Below, piece after piece: positions 10,040 through 21,300 of a stretch of 64,000 bases of DNA. Position 1 is the first letter of the stretch. Each line of letters opens with the position of its first letter. The stretch spans positions 184,585 to 248,584 of the forward strand of contig OZ244939.1 in NCBI GenBank assembly GCA_965222235.1, in the 5' to 3' direction. Both the position numbers and the translations under genes were made by a program. The notes below the pieces were generated by a model. It made no database searches. It was not told the DNA's origin and saw only the letters and a program-made list of their open reading frames with translations. The stretch comes from Minisyncoccota bacterium (GTDB taxonomy: Bacteria > Patescibacteriota > Minisyncoccia > Phycocordibacterales > JABAAK01).

Positions 10040-10672
10040 TTACTGTTTTATCCTGAACGCATCTATCTTGGCATGGTGTCCTGATCGAAGCACCTCCGGT
10101 ACGGTATACTCCTTCCCGTCATACCTGACCGTTTCGGGGCGGGTATATACCCTGCTGCCGGCAATCCGGGCATCCTCACATGAGTGTTCGTTGCCCAACA
10201 CGCCGACCAGCCGACGCGCTACCGCGTCGGCAATCAACATTGCCGGAATCTCGCCACCGGTGAGCGTATAGGGGCCTACAGAAATTCTATCGGCCCCGGT
10301 TGCTTCCGCAACCCGCTCATCCATGCCTTCGTAGTGTCCACAAAGAAAAATGAGATTATCATACGTTGCATATGCTATCGCCCTTTCCTGCGTGAACAAA
10401 TCGCCTCCAGGAGTGAAGAATACCGCCTTCTTTGTTCCGGAGTGCATCGCCGCCTTATCATACGCACGCAACAGCGGCTCTGCCTGCAGAACCATGCCTG
10501 GGCCGCCGCCGTACGGACGGCTGTCGACCCGCTTAAGTTTCGGTACCTCATCAATGGGGTTATAGTAATGCACATCCAGAATACCGTTTTCTACCGCACG
10601 ACCTATAATGGAATGCTCAAAATACGGTTTGCAGATATCAGGAAACAGTGAAATGATGTGCACGGCTACCAT
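10040..10672 (-). CDS. trmD: tRNA (guanine37-N1)-methyltransferase
   Basis: SPOUT/TrmD signature RPYGGGPGMV plus the GG/GE motifs. Confidence 0.9.
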   Translation of the reverse strand: MVAVHIISLFPDICKPYFEHSIIGRAVENGILDVHYYNPIDEVPKLKRVDSRPYGGGPGMVLQAEPLLRAYDKAAMHSGTKKAVFFTPGGDLFTQERAIAYATYDNLIFLCGHYEGMDERVAEATGADRISVGPYTLTGGEIPAMLIADAVARRLVGVLGNEHSCEDARIAGSRVYTRPETVRYDGKEYTVPEVLRSGHHAKIDAFRIKQ

Positions 10673-10679
10673 ACGGCTG

Positions 10680-10940
10680 TTATGCGCCTTCTTTGTCCGG
10701 TTCGTCTATAACTACGCTGACCTTAGCCTCGTGCTGACCGCCGTATGCGTGCATAATCGTTCTGATCGCGGTTGCCATACGACCCTGAGCGCCGATAACC
10801 TTTCCCATATCTCTCTTGTCAACGCTGAGAGTCAATTTGACACCCTGTTTATCAACCTCATGTTCAACGGTAACGTTGTCGGGGTTGTCTACAACTTTTT
10901 GAACAATCTCTTTCAGAAATTGTGCCTCTTCTTTTTCCAT
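10680..10940 (-). CDS. khpA: KH-domain RNA-binding protein (KhpA/YlqC, UPF0109 family)
   Basis: Protein of about 86 aa with a KH GxxG motif (IGAQGRMA), sitting between rpsP and trmD as in many bacteria. Confidence 0.7.
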   Translation of the reverse strand: MEKEEAQFLKEIVQKVVDNPDNVTVEHEVDKQGVKLTLSVDKRDMGKVIGAQGRMATAIRTIMHAYGGQHEAKVSVVIDEPDKEGA

Positions 10941-10963
10941 ATTTTTTTGTACAAATTACTATT

Positions 10964-11470
10964 TTATCCTTCTTCGGAAGGATTTTTTTCGGGAGTCGGG
11001 GCGGCAACATCTGCCGGAGCCGCGTCTTCCTGCTGCTGTTTGGGTTCGGGAGCACCCGCCTGATCGGCAGACTCGTCTTTCCGCTCTTCGGCTGCCGGAG
11101 TCACATCTTTCTGCTCTTCGGGTGCGGGAGCATCTTCCTGAGCGGCGGTTTCATCCGACGGTGCTGTCGGTTGCTGCTCTTCGGTCGCCGATGCTATGGG
11201 ATGTTTCTTCGGTAGCGCATTTCTTTTTCTGCCCTCCAGCACATTGTTGGTAATAAGAATATTGTGCACCGTGTCAGACACCTGTGCTCCCTGAGACATC
11301 CAATAGAGTACCCGATCCTTGTCAATGGTTGTCTTTTTCCGAATCGTGTCACAGGTGCCGAGCAGGGCAACCGGATTCCCTTTTTTTGCTGCCGAGCGTG
11401 AGTCTACTGCCACAATTCTATACGATGGATTGTTCCTCCTCCCGATACGCTGTAATCGAATCTTTAACAT
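10964..11470 (-). CDS. rpsP: 30S ribosomal protein S16 with a C-terminal Pro/Ala/Glu-rich acidic tail
   Basis: N-terminal MLKIRLQRIGRRNNPSYRIV is the canonical S16 sequence. The C-terminal extension of about 80 aa is low-complexity. Confidence 0.9.
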   Translation of the reverse strand: MLKIRLQRIGRRNNPSYRIVAVDSRSAAKKGNPVALLGTCDTIRKKTTIDKDRVLYWMSQGAQVSDTVHNILITNNVLEGRKRNALPKKHPIASATEEQQPTAPSDETAAQEDAPAPEEQKDVTPAAEERKDESADQAGAPEPKQQQEDAAPADVAAPTPEKNPSEEG

Positions 11471-11524
11471 ACTACCTATATACGGACATACTACCTATGG
11501 ATATGATATTGTCAACCGACCGCC

Positions 11525-12865
11525 TCAGTAGCTTTCCAATTTCTTCATAACCTGATTGGAGCGGAGCTTTTCAAGCGCCCGCGCCTCTATCTGCCGAACC
11601 CGCTCCCGGGTAACCCCCATTCTGTTCCCTATCTGCTCCAGAGTGTACTGAATTCCGTCAGTCATCCCGTGCCGCAATTCAATAACTTCACGTTCTCTCG
11701 GTGAAAGATTTTTAAGGATTGTCTGCACCTGATTTTTGAGAATATCCTGCGCGACAATTGTATCCTGGGTTTCAGTTTCATGATCTTCTATGGTTTCGGA
11801 TATGGTAGTTGAACTGCCCTCATCCGTTCCGTCCAATGTCTGTTCAAGCTGCACGATATCCTGGGATATTCTCCGTATGGTGTGTATCTTTTCAGACTCA
11901 ACACCGAGCTCATCTGCAATTTCCTGTATGGTCGGCGTACGGCCCAGACTTTTTTCCAGCTGCACGGTGATCTTCTGATATTTCTGCGCCGTCTCCGACA
12001 TATGAACCGGTATGCGAATGGTGCGGGATTTATCCGCCAGTCCGCGGACGATTGACTGCCTGATCCAGTGCGTCGCATAGGTTGAAAACTTGAAGCCGTA
12101 TCCCGGATCAAACTTATCCACAGCCCGATACAGCCCTTCTGCGCCCTCCTGCACCAGGTCCAGCAGACTCAAATCCCGATTCCTGCTTCTGCCGGCATAG
12201 TTTTTTGCAATTGAAACAACCAGGCGAAGGTTCGCGAGGGCGAGCCTGCTTCTCGCCTCGGCGCCTTCCGCAAGTATTTTCCTCCGTTCGCCCGGCGTGA
12301 GTTTCCTTCTGGTTTTTTTCTCAAGCAGTTTCTTTCGTTCAATAATTTTCTGCCCGAGCTCCTGCTCCTCTTTTGCGCTCAAAAGCGGATATTTACCGAT
12401 ATCGCGCAGATACATTTGGACAGAGTCATAGGCACTCGGATCAAGCTCGGGGAATCTCGGATCCGATGCTATTGCAACCTCCTTAAGCAGACCTTCGGTC
12501 TCAACGACATCAATACAGTTATTCTTAAGGATATCGTAGATACATCGCCATATGTCATTGCTTTCATCGCATTCGTCCATCGTGACATGCTCCAGGATAA
12601 TATCAGAAGTGGCATATCCGAGCCCCTTACATTTCTTCACCATATCCCGTATACCGCGTCTGTACTTAATGGGAATTGCGCTGTACAACTCCTTTTCTTG
12701 TTTTGCGGTGTCAATAATTGCCTCCACACTTTTCTTTGTGCCTCTTTTTTTGGATGCTGCCCTCTTCTTAACTGCCGTTTTCTTTTTTACAACTTTCTTT
12801 GTCGTTTTCTTCTTTGCCTTCACGGCAATCTTGCTTTTTTTTACAGAAGTTTTTTTACTAACCAT
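11525..12865 (-). CDS. rpoD: RNA polymerase sigma-70 family primary sigma factor with an N-terminal Lys-rich tail
   Basis: Sigma-70 regions 2 to 4 are present (YATHWIRQSI; LEQIGNRMGVTRERVRQIEARALEKLR). Sits immediately downstream of dnaG. Confidence 0.88.
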   Translation of the reverse strand: MVSKKTSVKKSKIAVKAKKKTTKKVVKKKTAVKKRAASKKRGTKKSVEAIIDTAKQEKELYSAIPIKYRRGIRDMVKKCKGLGYATSDIILEHVTMDECDESNDIWRCIYDILKNNCIDVVETEGLLKEVAIASDPRFPELDPSAYDSVQMYLRDIGKYPLLSAKEEQELGQKIIERKKLLEKKTRRKLTPGERRKILAEGAEARSRLALANLRLVVSIAKNYAGRSRNRDLSLLDLVQEGAEGLYRAVDKFDPGYGFKFSTYATHWIRQSIVRGLADKSRTIRIPVHMSETAQKYQKITVQLEKSLGRTPTIQEIADELGVESEKIHTIRRISQDIVQLEQTLDGTDEGSSTTISETIEDHETETQDTIVAQDILKNQVQTILKNLSPREREVIELRHGMTDGIQYTLEQIGNRMGVTRERVRQIEARALEKLRSNQVMKKLESY

Positions 12866-12979
12866 AAAAGAGAGTACGGCACGCGGGAGTGCAGTGATAT
12901 ATAAAAAGAATCATACCATACATTCCTCCTGTACGGCAATGGTATGGGGATAGCGTGAAAACATGCCGATATATACACC

Positions 12980-14611
12980 CTATCCCATATCGCTTTCCCT
13001 GATTTTCTTGAGTTCAAGGCTTTTGTTAATCTCCCGTTCCAGCCGCGACAGCATATCGCGCAATTCATCCTGTATGCATGTAAAGCGGGTGTCCGGATTG
13101 GAAAACCCTTCTTCATACTCAACCGCAAGAATCCGCTCATCACTCTCCGGAAGATGCACGTTGTCAGCAACGGCGGCAATCCGCTCCTGAAGAGATTCGT
13201 CAACAGTGATGTTGTGCAGCACGAGATAGTCGCGCGCGCCGGCAACGCTCGTCGCCAGTTCCGCCAGTCGTTTCTCGCTGTTTTTCCGTTCGGACCGCTT
13301 CTGTTCTTGGCGCTCTTTCACCGCCTTCACCTGTTTCGGACGGCGCGCAGGAACTTTCTGCTGCGCCAGCTGCACACTTTCCTCAATTGCTTCCCGGCTC
13401 ACCGAACAAAACGAGGCGGTTTCCTGTATTGTCCTGTCGCGAATGAGCGGATCCTGTATGTGAACAATGATCGGAATCAGTTCCTCTTTAACACCGCGGA
13501 GCGTGTCTTCGGGAAGTTTCCCGTACGTGTCCGTAATGTGCTTAAAGATGAACGCCACGGACGGCATGGCATCCTTAACTGCCGCCTTAAACTCCCGCGG
13601 ATCCCGGGCGATGATGTCGGCGGGGTCCATGCTCTCGGGCAACACCACAACTTTAACATCCATACCGATACTAAACGCCAGCGTGATGACACGAAGTGTC
13701 GCCCTGACCCCCGCACCGTCGCTGTCAAGTGCGATGAGAAGGCGGTTTGACAGCCGCTGAAGCTGCCGGAGATGGTTCTGGGTTACGGCGGTGCCGGAAG
13801 ACGCAACGGCAACGGGATATCCCGCCTGATGTACCATGACTGTATCAATGACACCCTCGGTTAATATTGAAAAATTGTTTCTGCGGATATGCTGCTTTGC
13901 CGTGTGCAGGCCGTAGAGAAATGTTGACTTATGAAACAGCGGCGACTCCGGCGAGTTTATATACTTTGCTCCCGTTTCTTTCTTATATTCCCGGCCGGAA
14001 AAGCCGATGACTCTATGTTGCGTGTCATGGAACGGAAAGACAATTCTGTCGCGAAACCGGTCATAGATGTTTTTTTCCTTTCGGATACACATACCTGTCT
14101 GTATATGATTCTCCATATGAGCTGTCTGCGGCGTGCAGATGGTGTGCCAGGCATCAGGCGCGTAACCGATGCCCCACTGCTTGATTGAGGCTGCTGATAT
14201 GCCACGCGTTGTCAGATGACTGACAACATCATCGCTCATTTGTTCGCGATACAGCGCTGCCGCGTGTTCTAAAACATGGTACAGTGAAGCGGTGTGCTGT
14301 TTGGGCGTATGTCCGGCGGTAATATCTATCCCCGCCTTCTCCGCAAGAATCTTGAGTGCCTCTCTGAAATCAACCCCCTCCATTTCCTGAACGAATGAAA
14401 ACACATCGCCGCCTTTCTGTGTTGAGAAACAGTAGTACACACCGCCCTCGGGATCTACAAAAAAGGAGGGGGTCTTTTCGTTACTGAACGGAGAGAGCCC
14501 CTTCATCCTCCTGCCCGCGGACTGCAGAGTCGTATATTGCGACACTAAGCTGACCATGTCCGTAGCCTCCCGGACTGATTCTTTTACCGTATTCGAATCC
14601 ATCACCCCCAT
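12980..14611 (-). CDS. dnaG: DNA primase
   Basis: N-terminal CHC2 zinc-finger region (YYCFSTQKGGDVFSF) followed by TOPRIM-type sequence. The conserved dnaG-rpoD pairing supports it. Confidence 0.88.
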   Translation of the reverse strand: MGVMDSNTVKESVREATDMVSLVSQYTTLQSAGRRMKGLSPFSNEKTPSFFVDPEGGVYYCFSTQKGGDVFSFVQEMEGVDFREALKILAEKAGIDITAGHTPKQHTASLYHVLEHAAALYREQMSDDVVSHLTTRGISAASIKQWGIGYAPDAWHTICTPQTAHMENHIQTGMCIRKEKNIYDRFRDRIVFPFHDTQHRVIGFSGREYKKETGAKYINSPESPLFHKSTFLYGLHTAKQHIRRNNFSILTEGVIDTVMVHQAGYPVAVASSGTAVTQNHLRQLQRLSNRLLIALDSDGAGVRATLRVITLAFSIGMDVKVVVLPESMDPADIIARDPREFKAAVKDAMPSVAFIFKHITDTYGKLPEDTLRGVKEELIPIIVHIQDPLIRDRTIQETASFCSVSREAIEESVQLAQQKVPARRPKQVKAVKERQEQKRSERKNSEKRLAELATSVAGARDYLVLHNITVDESLQERIAAVADNVHLPESDERILAVEYEEGFSNPDTRFTCIQDELRDMLSRLEREINKSLELKKIRESDMG

Positions 14612-14631
14612 TCTACCATCCGGCGGTCATT

Positions 14632-17600
14632 TCACTTTTTTACAGCCGCATCGTCGGCCTCCTCTTTCTCCGCTATCCGCTGTGCGATATCATCACGAAT
14701 CTCCTTTACAATGTCATATTTTTTACTCCCCTCAAAGCCGCTGCCGATCGGAACCAGGCGGCCGACAATAACGTTCTCCTTCACGCCGTCCAACGTGTCC
14801 TTTGTGCCGTTCATCGCCGCCCTGATGAGCACACTGGTGGTATTCTGGAATGATGCCGCTGAAAGAAAATTACTGCGCGACACGGCGATGTTGGTGATAC
14901 CCGACACGACATCTTCCGCCTTAATCAGCTGTTTACTCGTTTTTTCAAGTTGCTCGTTCATTTCAAAGAGTTCCCCGAATGCAATATATTCGCCGGCGGT
15001 ATAAGTGCTGTCGCCCGGATCGGTAATACTCAGCTTGCTGAACATTTGGCGGATCATGATTTCAAAATGCACGGATGCGATGCTGATGTTCTGCAGTTCA
15101 TACACCTTTGTTATCTCCCGAAAGATATACTCACGGGTCGCCTCTTTTCCGGCATACTTCAGAAGTTCCTGCAGATTGGCGGTTCCGTCAGTCAGAAACT
15201 GCCCTTTCTTCACTTCATCACCAACCGCAACTTCAATATACCGGAACGGAGCGACCGTGTATTTTTTGTCGGCCGCTGAAGCTTTCTTGGAGCCGGGGTT
15301 GATATATATCGTGTGGCTGCCGTTGCTGTGCGATTCAATCTTTTCAACCGTGCCGTCAACATGTGATATAGCTACGGGAGTTTTCGGCATACGACATTCA
15401 AACACCTCCGTCACCCGGGGAAGCCCGGATGTAATATCACCGCCTGCGACGGCACTTCCCCGGTGAAATGTACGCATAGTGAGCTGTGTACCCGGCTCGC
15501 CGACCGACTGAGCTGCGATAGTGCCGACCGGCTCGCCGATATCAACAACCTTGCCCGTTGACTTGTCCTCGCCGTAGCACCTCACACACACACCCTGCGC
15601 ATACTGGCAGGACACCGGAGAACGCACCTTGACGGACACGATACCCTCATCCTGATCTATTGTATTCGCCAGATCAAGATCAATATATTGATTTTTCTTC
15701 ACCACGACCGCACCGTCTGTCCCGGTAACTTCTTCCGCGGCATATCTGCCGCGTACGCGCTCCCCGAACGGAATAACAATGCCCGACGCAGTCTCACGAT
15801 ACAGGCGGAAACCGCGCGTTGTACCGCAATCGCTTCTTTCAATCTTAATCTCATGCGCAACGCTGAAAAGTTTCCGCGAAAGGTAGCCAGCCTCCCCTGT
15901 TTTGAGCGCGGTATCCGCAAGACCCTTACGCGCGCCGAATGAAGCGTTGAAATATTCAATTGAGGTGATGCCGTCTTTGAGACAGGATACCACCGGCTGC
16001 TCAATTGATTCGCCGGACGCCGATTCAACAATGCCGAACATGGAGGTCATATCACCCAAATCATCAAAAGAACCGCGCGCGCCCGATCGAATCATGTATC
16101 CTATGGATGAATCTTCGGAAATTTCCTTCTTCACCACATCTGAAAGATCGGCCTTGATTCTTTGCCACAAATCAATAGTTTTGCGTTTCCGTTCATCAAG
16201 CGATATATATCCCTCATCATATTCACCACGGACACGGTCCGCTTCAGCATATCCTTCCCGTATTTTTGCACCACGATCAACCGGCTGTTTCATGTCATCC
16301 CATGAGAATGTGATGCCCGACTTAGACGCGTATTTGAATCCGAAATCCTTAATAGGGTCAAGATGCTGCACCAGCACATCTCTGCCGAGCGTGTTGATAA
16401 TATTCTGAACAATTGCATTCAGGCCCTTTCTGGTAATTACCTCATTAACATACGGATATATCTTCGGCAGCCGCACATTAAAAAGCAGCCGACCGACTGT
16501 TGTTTCAAGCATTGTTCCTCCAAACCCTTTATATTTTTCTTTCTTTGACAAATACACTTTTACTTTTGTATGCAGGTCAACAATACCGAAGTCATATGCG
16601 GAGATAGCCTCGCTGGGGCTGCTGAAGTATCTGCCTTCGCCTTTTCCTCCTTCCTGCACCGTCGTTGCCCAGTGACAGCCGAGCAGAATATCCTGTGTCG
16701 CCGGTGAAATGTTAATATCACCGGATGCGGGTGTAATGATATTGTTCAGTGACGTCATAATATTCCTGGCCTCCGCCTGCGCCTCATCAGACAGGGGCAA
16801 ATGCACCACCATTGCATCGCCGTCAAAGTCCGCATTGTATGCCGAACACACCAGCGGATGCAGCTCTATGGCGAGTCCTTCAATGAGAATCGGCTTAAAT
16901 GCCATGATACTCTGCCGGTGCAGTGTGGGCGGACGATTGAGCAGCATATATTTCCCTTCAACAACTGATTCCAGTATCTCCCAGACGATCGGCGCCTCTG
17001 TTTCAATAATGCGCTGTGCGCCGCGGACATTGTACGCCAGTTCCCGGCTCAGTATTTCACTTATGACAAACGGGCGAAATATTTCCAGCGCCATACTCTT
17101 CGGCAGGCCGAACTCATCCAGCTTCAGATGCGGTCCGCTGACAATAACTGTTCGTCCGGTAAAGTCAACCCGCTTTCCGAGCAGATTTGTCCTGAAGTAG
17201 CCGGTCTTGCCGCCGAGATACTCTGATATTGATTTCAGCTGCCGTGACTGCCCGCGCCCGGAAAAGGTACTCCGGTTGAGCGTATTTTTCTCAAACAACG
17301 CGTCAACTGCCTCCTGCAGGAGCCGTTTTTCCGTATTGATAAATATCTGAGGCGTTTTGGTGGCAATAAAATCTTTCAGGCGATTGTTTCTGATGATGAC
17401 AGTGCGGTAAAGGTCGTTAAGATCGGAGCTTGCCGGCTGACCGCCGTCAAGCAGAAGAACGGGACGGATACCCGGAGGTATCACCGGCAGCCGCGTCAGA
17501 AACATCCACTCAGGGCGGTTGCCCGACTGAATGAACGAACGGATGAGCAGCAGCTGTTTCTGCAGCTTCTCCTGCCGCATTTTGGTCGTATCTTTCAGCT

Positions 17601-18315
17601 CCTTTATGATTTCTTTTTCCTTCGCCTTCAGATCAAAATTCTTCAGCAGATTATAGACAACCTCGCCGCCCTTCTCCGCCTTAAAAAGTCCGGGAAATTG
17701 TTTGCTGAACCGTTCATATTTCACCTCCTCAATAATGGAATCCCGCTGAACAAGCTTGAGCTCCTGAACACGGTCGGCATACAGCGTTCCGAGCATGGTG
17801 CGGGTCTCGTCCCGCTCCGCCTTCTTAATCTTTTCATCAAATTCTTTTTTGATATCCGATTCCAGGTTCTTCCTCTTTGCCTCGTTCACCTCGGTGATGT
17901 AGTACGATGAAAAGTACACCACATTCTGCACCTGCTGGGGCGGCAGACCGAGCAGCGTCGCAACGCGTGACGGAACCTTGCGCAGATACCAGAAGTGTGC
18001 AATCGGAACGGCGAGATCAATATGTCCCATCCGCTCGCGCCGCACCAATGCCCGGGTCACCTCAACACCGCAGTTGTTGCATTCTATACCCTGATACTGC
18101 ATCCCCTTATACTTGCCGCAGCTGCACTGGAAATCGGCCTCAGGTCCGAATATTTTTTCACAAAAGAGACCGTCCCGTTCGGATTTCTGCGTCCGATAGT
18201 TTATCGTCTCGGATTTCTTCACTTCGCCGAATGACCACGACAGCACGTCCTCAGGAGAGGCAAGATGAATGTTCAATGAATCAAAGCGCTGCGTTTTTTT
18301 GATTACTTTTTTCAT
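14632..18315 (-). CDS. rpoC: DNA-directed RNA polymerase subunit beta'
   Basis: Protein of 1227 aa with the catalytic NADFDGD motif and zinc-binding Cys clusters. Confidence 0.97.
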   Translation of the reverse strand: MKKVIKKTQRFDSLNIHLASPEDVLSWSFGEVKKSETINYRTQKSERDGLFCEKIFGPEADFQCSCGKYKGMQYQGIECNNCGVEVTRALVRRERMGHIDLAVPIAHFWYLRKVPSRVATLLGLPPQQVQNVVYFSSYYITEVNEAKRKNLESDIKKEFDEKIKKAERDETRTMLGTLYADRVQELKLVQRDSIIEEVKYERFSKQFPGLFKAEKGGEVVYNLLKNFDLKAKEKEIIKELKDTTKMRQEKLQKQLLLIRSFIQSGNRPEWMFLTRLPVIPPGIRPVLLLDGGQPASSDLNDLYRTVIIRNNRLKDFIATKTPQIFINTEKRLLQEAVDALFEKNTLNRSTFSGRGQSRQLKSISEYLGGKTGYFRTNLLGKRVDFTGRTVIVSGPHLKLDEFGLPKSMALEIFRPFVISEILSRELAYNVRGAQRIIETEAPIVWEILESVVEGKYMLLNRPPTLHRQSIMAFKPILIEGLAIELHPLVCSAYNADFDGDAMVVHLPLSDEAQAEARNIMTSLNNIITPASGDINISPATQDILLGCHWATTVQEGGKGEGRYFSSPSEAISAYDFGIVDLHTKVKVYLSKKEKYKGFGGTMLETTVGRLLFNVRLPKIYPYVNEVITRKGLNAIVQNIINTLGRDVLVQHLDPIKDFGFKYASKSGITFSWDDMKQPVDRGAKIREGYAEADRVRGEYDEGYISLDERKRKTIDLWQRIKADLSDVVKKEISEDSSIGYMIRSGARGSFDDLGDMTSMFGIVESASGESIEQPVVSCLKDGITSIEYFNASFGARKGLADTALKTGEAGYLSRKLFSVAHEIKIERSDCGTTRGFRLYRETASGIVIPFGERVRGRYAAEEVTGTDGAVVVKKNQYIDLDLANTIDQDEGIVSVKVRSPVSCQYAQGVCVRCYGEDKSTGKVVDIGEPVGTIAAQSVGEPGTQLTMRTFHRGSAVAGGDITSGLPRVTEVFECRMPKTPVAISHVDGTVEKIESHSNGSHTIYINPGSKKASAADKKYTVAPFRYIEVAVGDEVKKGQFLTDGTANLQELLKYAGKEATREYIFREITKVYELQNISIASVHFEIMIRQMFSKLSITDPGDSTYTAGEYIAFGELFEMNEQLEKTSKQLIKAEDVVSGITNIAVSRSNFLSAASFQNTTSVLIRAAMNGTKDTLDGVKENVIVGRLVPIGSGFEGSKKYDIVKEIRDDIAQRIAEKEEADDAAVKK

Positions 18316-18341
18316 ATACTATACGGTGTTGTTATTAAATG

Positions 18342-21300
18342 CTATGCCGTCAGTTCAGATCGTCTCCTTCCCCGTGGTGTCGGACGCCCTTCCCGCTCGG
18401 GAATTTCCAGGTGCACATTGAGACCGAGACCGCGCAGATGGTACAGCAGCACATTAAATGTTGCGGGAATGCCCGTCTGAACGATGGGTTCGTTATGTAT
18501 AATTGAGCGGTATGCGGCGTTTCGCCCCTGCATATCATCCGACTTTATCGTCAGCATCTCCCGCAGCGTATACGCGGATCCGTGACCGAGAAGCGCCCAC
18601 ACTTCCATTTCCCCGAGACGGTTTCCGCCGAAGCGCGCGCGTCCGCCGGGGGGCTGCTGGGTAATGAGCGAATATCGGCCGGTTGAACGGGCGTGCACTT
18701 TGTCCTCCACCATGTGCTCCAGCTTCATAACATACATCCAGCCGATGGCGACATCACTGGCAAACTTTTCCCCCGTCTTGCCGTCAAAGAGCTCAATGCG
18801 GCCGTTTTCCGGATACCCGGCCCGCTTCAGTTCTTCGCGCAGTTCTTCGTCAGTGACAGAAGTCATAGTCGGCACAATCGCCTGATAGTTCAGGGAATGT
18901 GCGGCGAGACCCAGATGCATTTCCAGAATCTGCCCGAGATTCTTTCGGGACGGGACACCGAGTGATGAAAGAATGATGTCAATGGGTTCACCGTCATTGG
19001 TGAACGGCATATCCTCCACGGGCGCAACACGAGATATGACTCCCTTGTTTCCGTACCGGTTCGCCAGCTTGTCGCCTATCTGAATGCTGCGCAAATCGGC
19101 GACGGTAATATTAATCTGTTTCAGCACCCCTGTTTTTATATGATGGCCGTCTTCACGATTCCGCACCTGCACGGAAACAACCTTTCCTTTCTCGCCCGGT
19201 GGCAGCACCTTGGAGGTGTCGCGCATATCCTTCGCCTTGTCGCCGAATATTGACTGCAGCAGACGCTCCTCGGCCGACAGTTGCACCTCGCTTCTCGGCG
19301 TCAGCTTGCCGACCAGAATATCACCCGTCGTCACTTCCGAGCCGACGCGGACGATGCCCTCAGCGTCAAGATTTCTCAGCTTCCGGTCGGACACGTTCGG
19401 TATATCCGCGGTCATCACATCCGGACCGAGCTTGGTTTCGCGAATCTCGGCGACATATTCCTCAACCTGCGTAGAAGTGAGCACATCATCCCGCACCAGC
19501 CGTTCGGAAATAATAATTGAGTCCTCAAAGGTTCCGCCGTCGTACGGAAGGAACGCAACGCGCAGATTTTTTCCGAACGCCATCTGTCCGTTCTCCGTTG
19601 ATGCGTTATCCGCAAGCACATCCCCCTCCTTTACCCTGTCCCCCGGCCGCACCACCGAACGCTGATGGTTGGCAAATGAATGTGCCAGACCCGCGGGTGT
19701 AAACACCTCAAGGTCATAGCGTTTTGTACCCTGTTTGGTTTTCAAAGTGACATGGTTCGCGTCAGATTCAACAATCTCACCGGCCTCTTCCGCGTAAATC
19801 AGCCGGCCGGATGCCTGAGCGAAACCGGATTCAAGACCTGTTGCAACAAGCGGCGGCTCCGGATGGAGGCACGGCACCGCCTGCTGCTGCATTCGCGTTC
19901 CCGTTGCGGCACGGACCGGCAGCGTGTTGTGCAGAAACGGAATAAGCACGGATGACACGGAAAACATCTGGGCGGTAGAGACATCAACGTAGTCCACCAT
20001 TTCCGCGTGCACACGCTCGTACTGACCGTTATGCCGCACCAGAACGACATCCTGGGTAATGACCGTCTTGTCGTTCACCGCCACATCCGCGCCGGCAATG
20101 TGATACTGCCCTTCTTCAATCGCGGTGAAGTACTGAACTTCATCGGTAATCTTCCCGTTATCCACCTTAAAATACGGACATTCCAGAAGCCCGTACTGGT
20201 TAATGCGGGCATACAGGGCAAGGTGCAGCACCAGTCCGATGTTCGGCCCCTCGGGAGAGTGGATCGGGCAGATACGACCGTAGTGGGTATGATGAATATC
20301 ACGCACCGAAAGGCTGGCATGCTCGCGGGATACGCCGCCGGAGCCGAGCGCGGACACCGTCCTTAAATGATCCAGCTCGGTCAGAATATTTTGCTGTTTC
20401 AGCTGCTGCGAGAGCTGGTTGGTATTAAAAAACCCGTAGACCGTTGACTGAAATGTGCGCATGTACAGCGCGTTCGTCGGAAGATCAAGCGACTTCGGAT
20501 CCAGGGTAAGCATCCGGTCACGGGTATTTTTGCACATTCGCATAAAGCCGGTGCGTGCATATTCATACGCTAACTCGCCGACTGACCGCACGCGCCGCAT
20601 ACCGAGATGATCAATATCGTCATCAGCGGCATCCGGCGTGTTATTCAGCCGCACGATTTCCTTGATGATAACGGTGATATCATCCAGAGTGAGTATCCGC
20701 TGTTTCAGCGCCTGTGCATCGGTCGGTCGATTAAACCGCTTGTTAAAACTCATTCTCCCCAGCTCGGTTAAGTCATACCACTCGGGAGAAAACCTCGTCT
20801 GCACCAGCTGCTTGGCCCGCTCGGCGCTCACCGCACTGCCCGCCCGCAGAAACTTATAGAACGACGTCCATACTTCATTCATGATTTTGGCGTCATCAAC
20901 GGCGAATGTTTTCTTGACAGCCGCTAACGCAAGTTCGTCATCCTTAAAAAGGTTAAGAACCGCCTCCTCCGTCTCAGGACCGAATGCGCGCAGAAAAAGT
21001 GTGATCGGCATTTTTCGGTTCCCCTGATCAACCCGAACGAAGATGCGGCCGCTCGGATCGCTTTCAAATACAATCCATATACCGCGACCTTTTTGAGGTA
21101 TTATCTGGGCACCGAACGTTCGCGCCTTGCCGGTGCTGACGCTTGAGAACCGGACTCCGGGCGCCCGGACCAACTGCGAGATAACGGTACGTTCAATGCC
21201 GTTGATGATAAAGGTGTGCTGCGGGGTCATAATCGGTATATTGCCGAACAGTACCTCCTCATCTTTTTTTACTCCGGTTACTTTGTTTTCCAGACTCAGG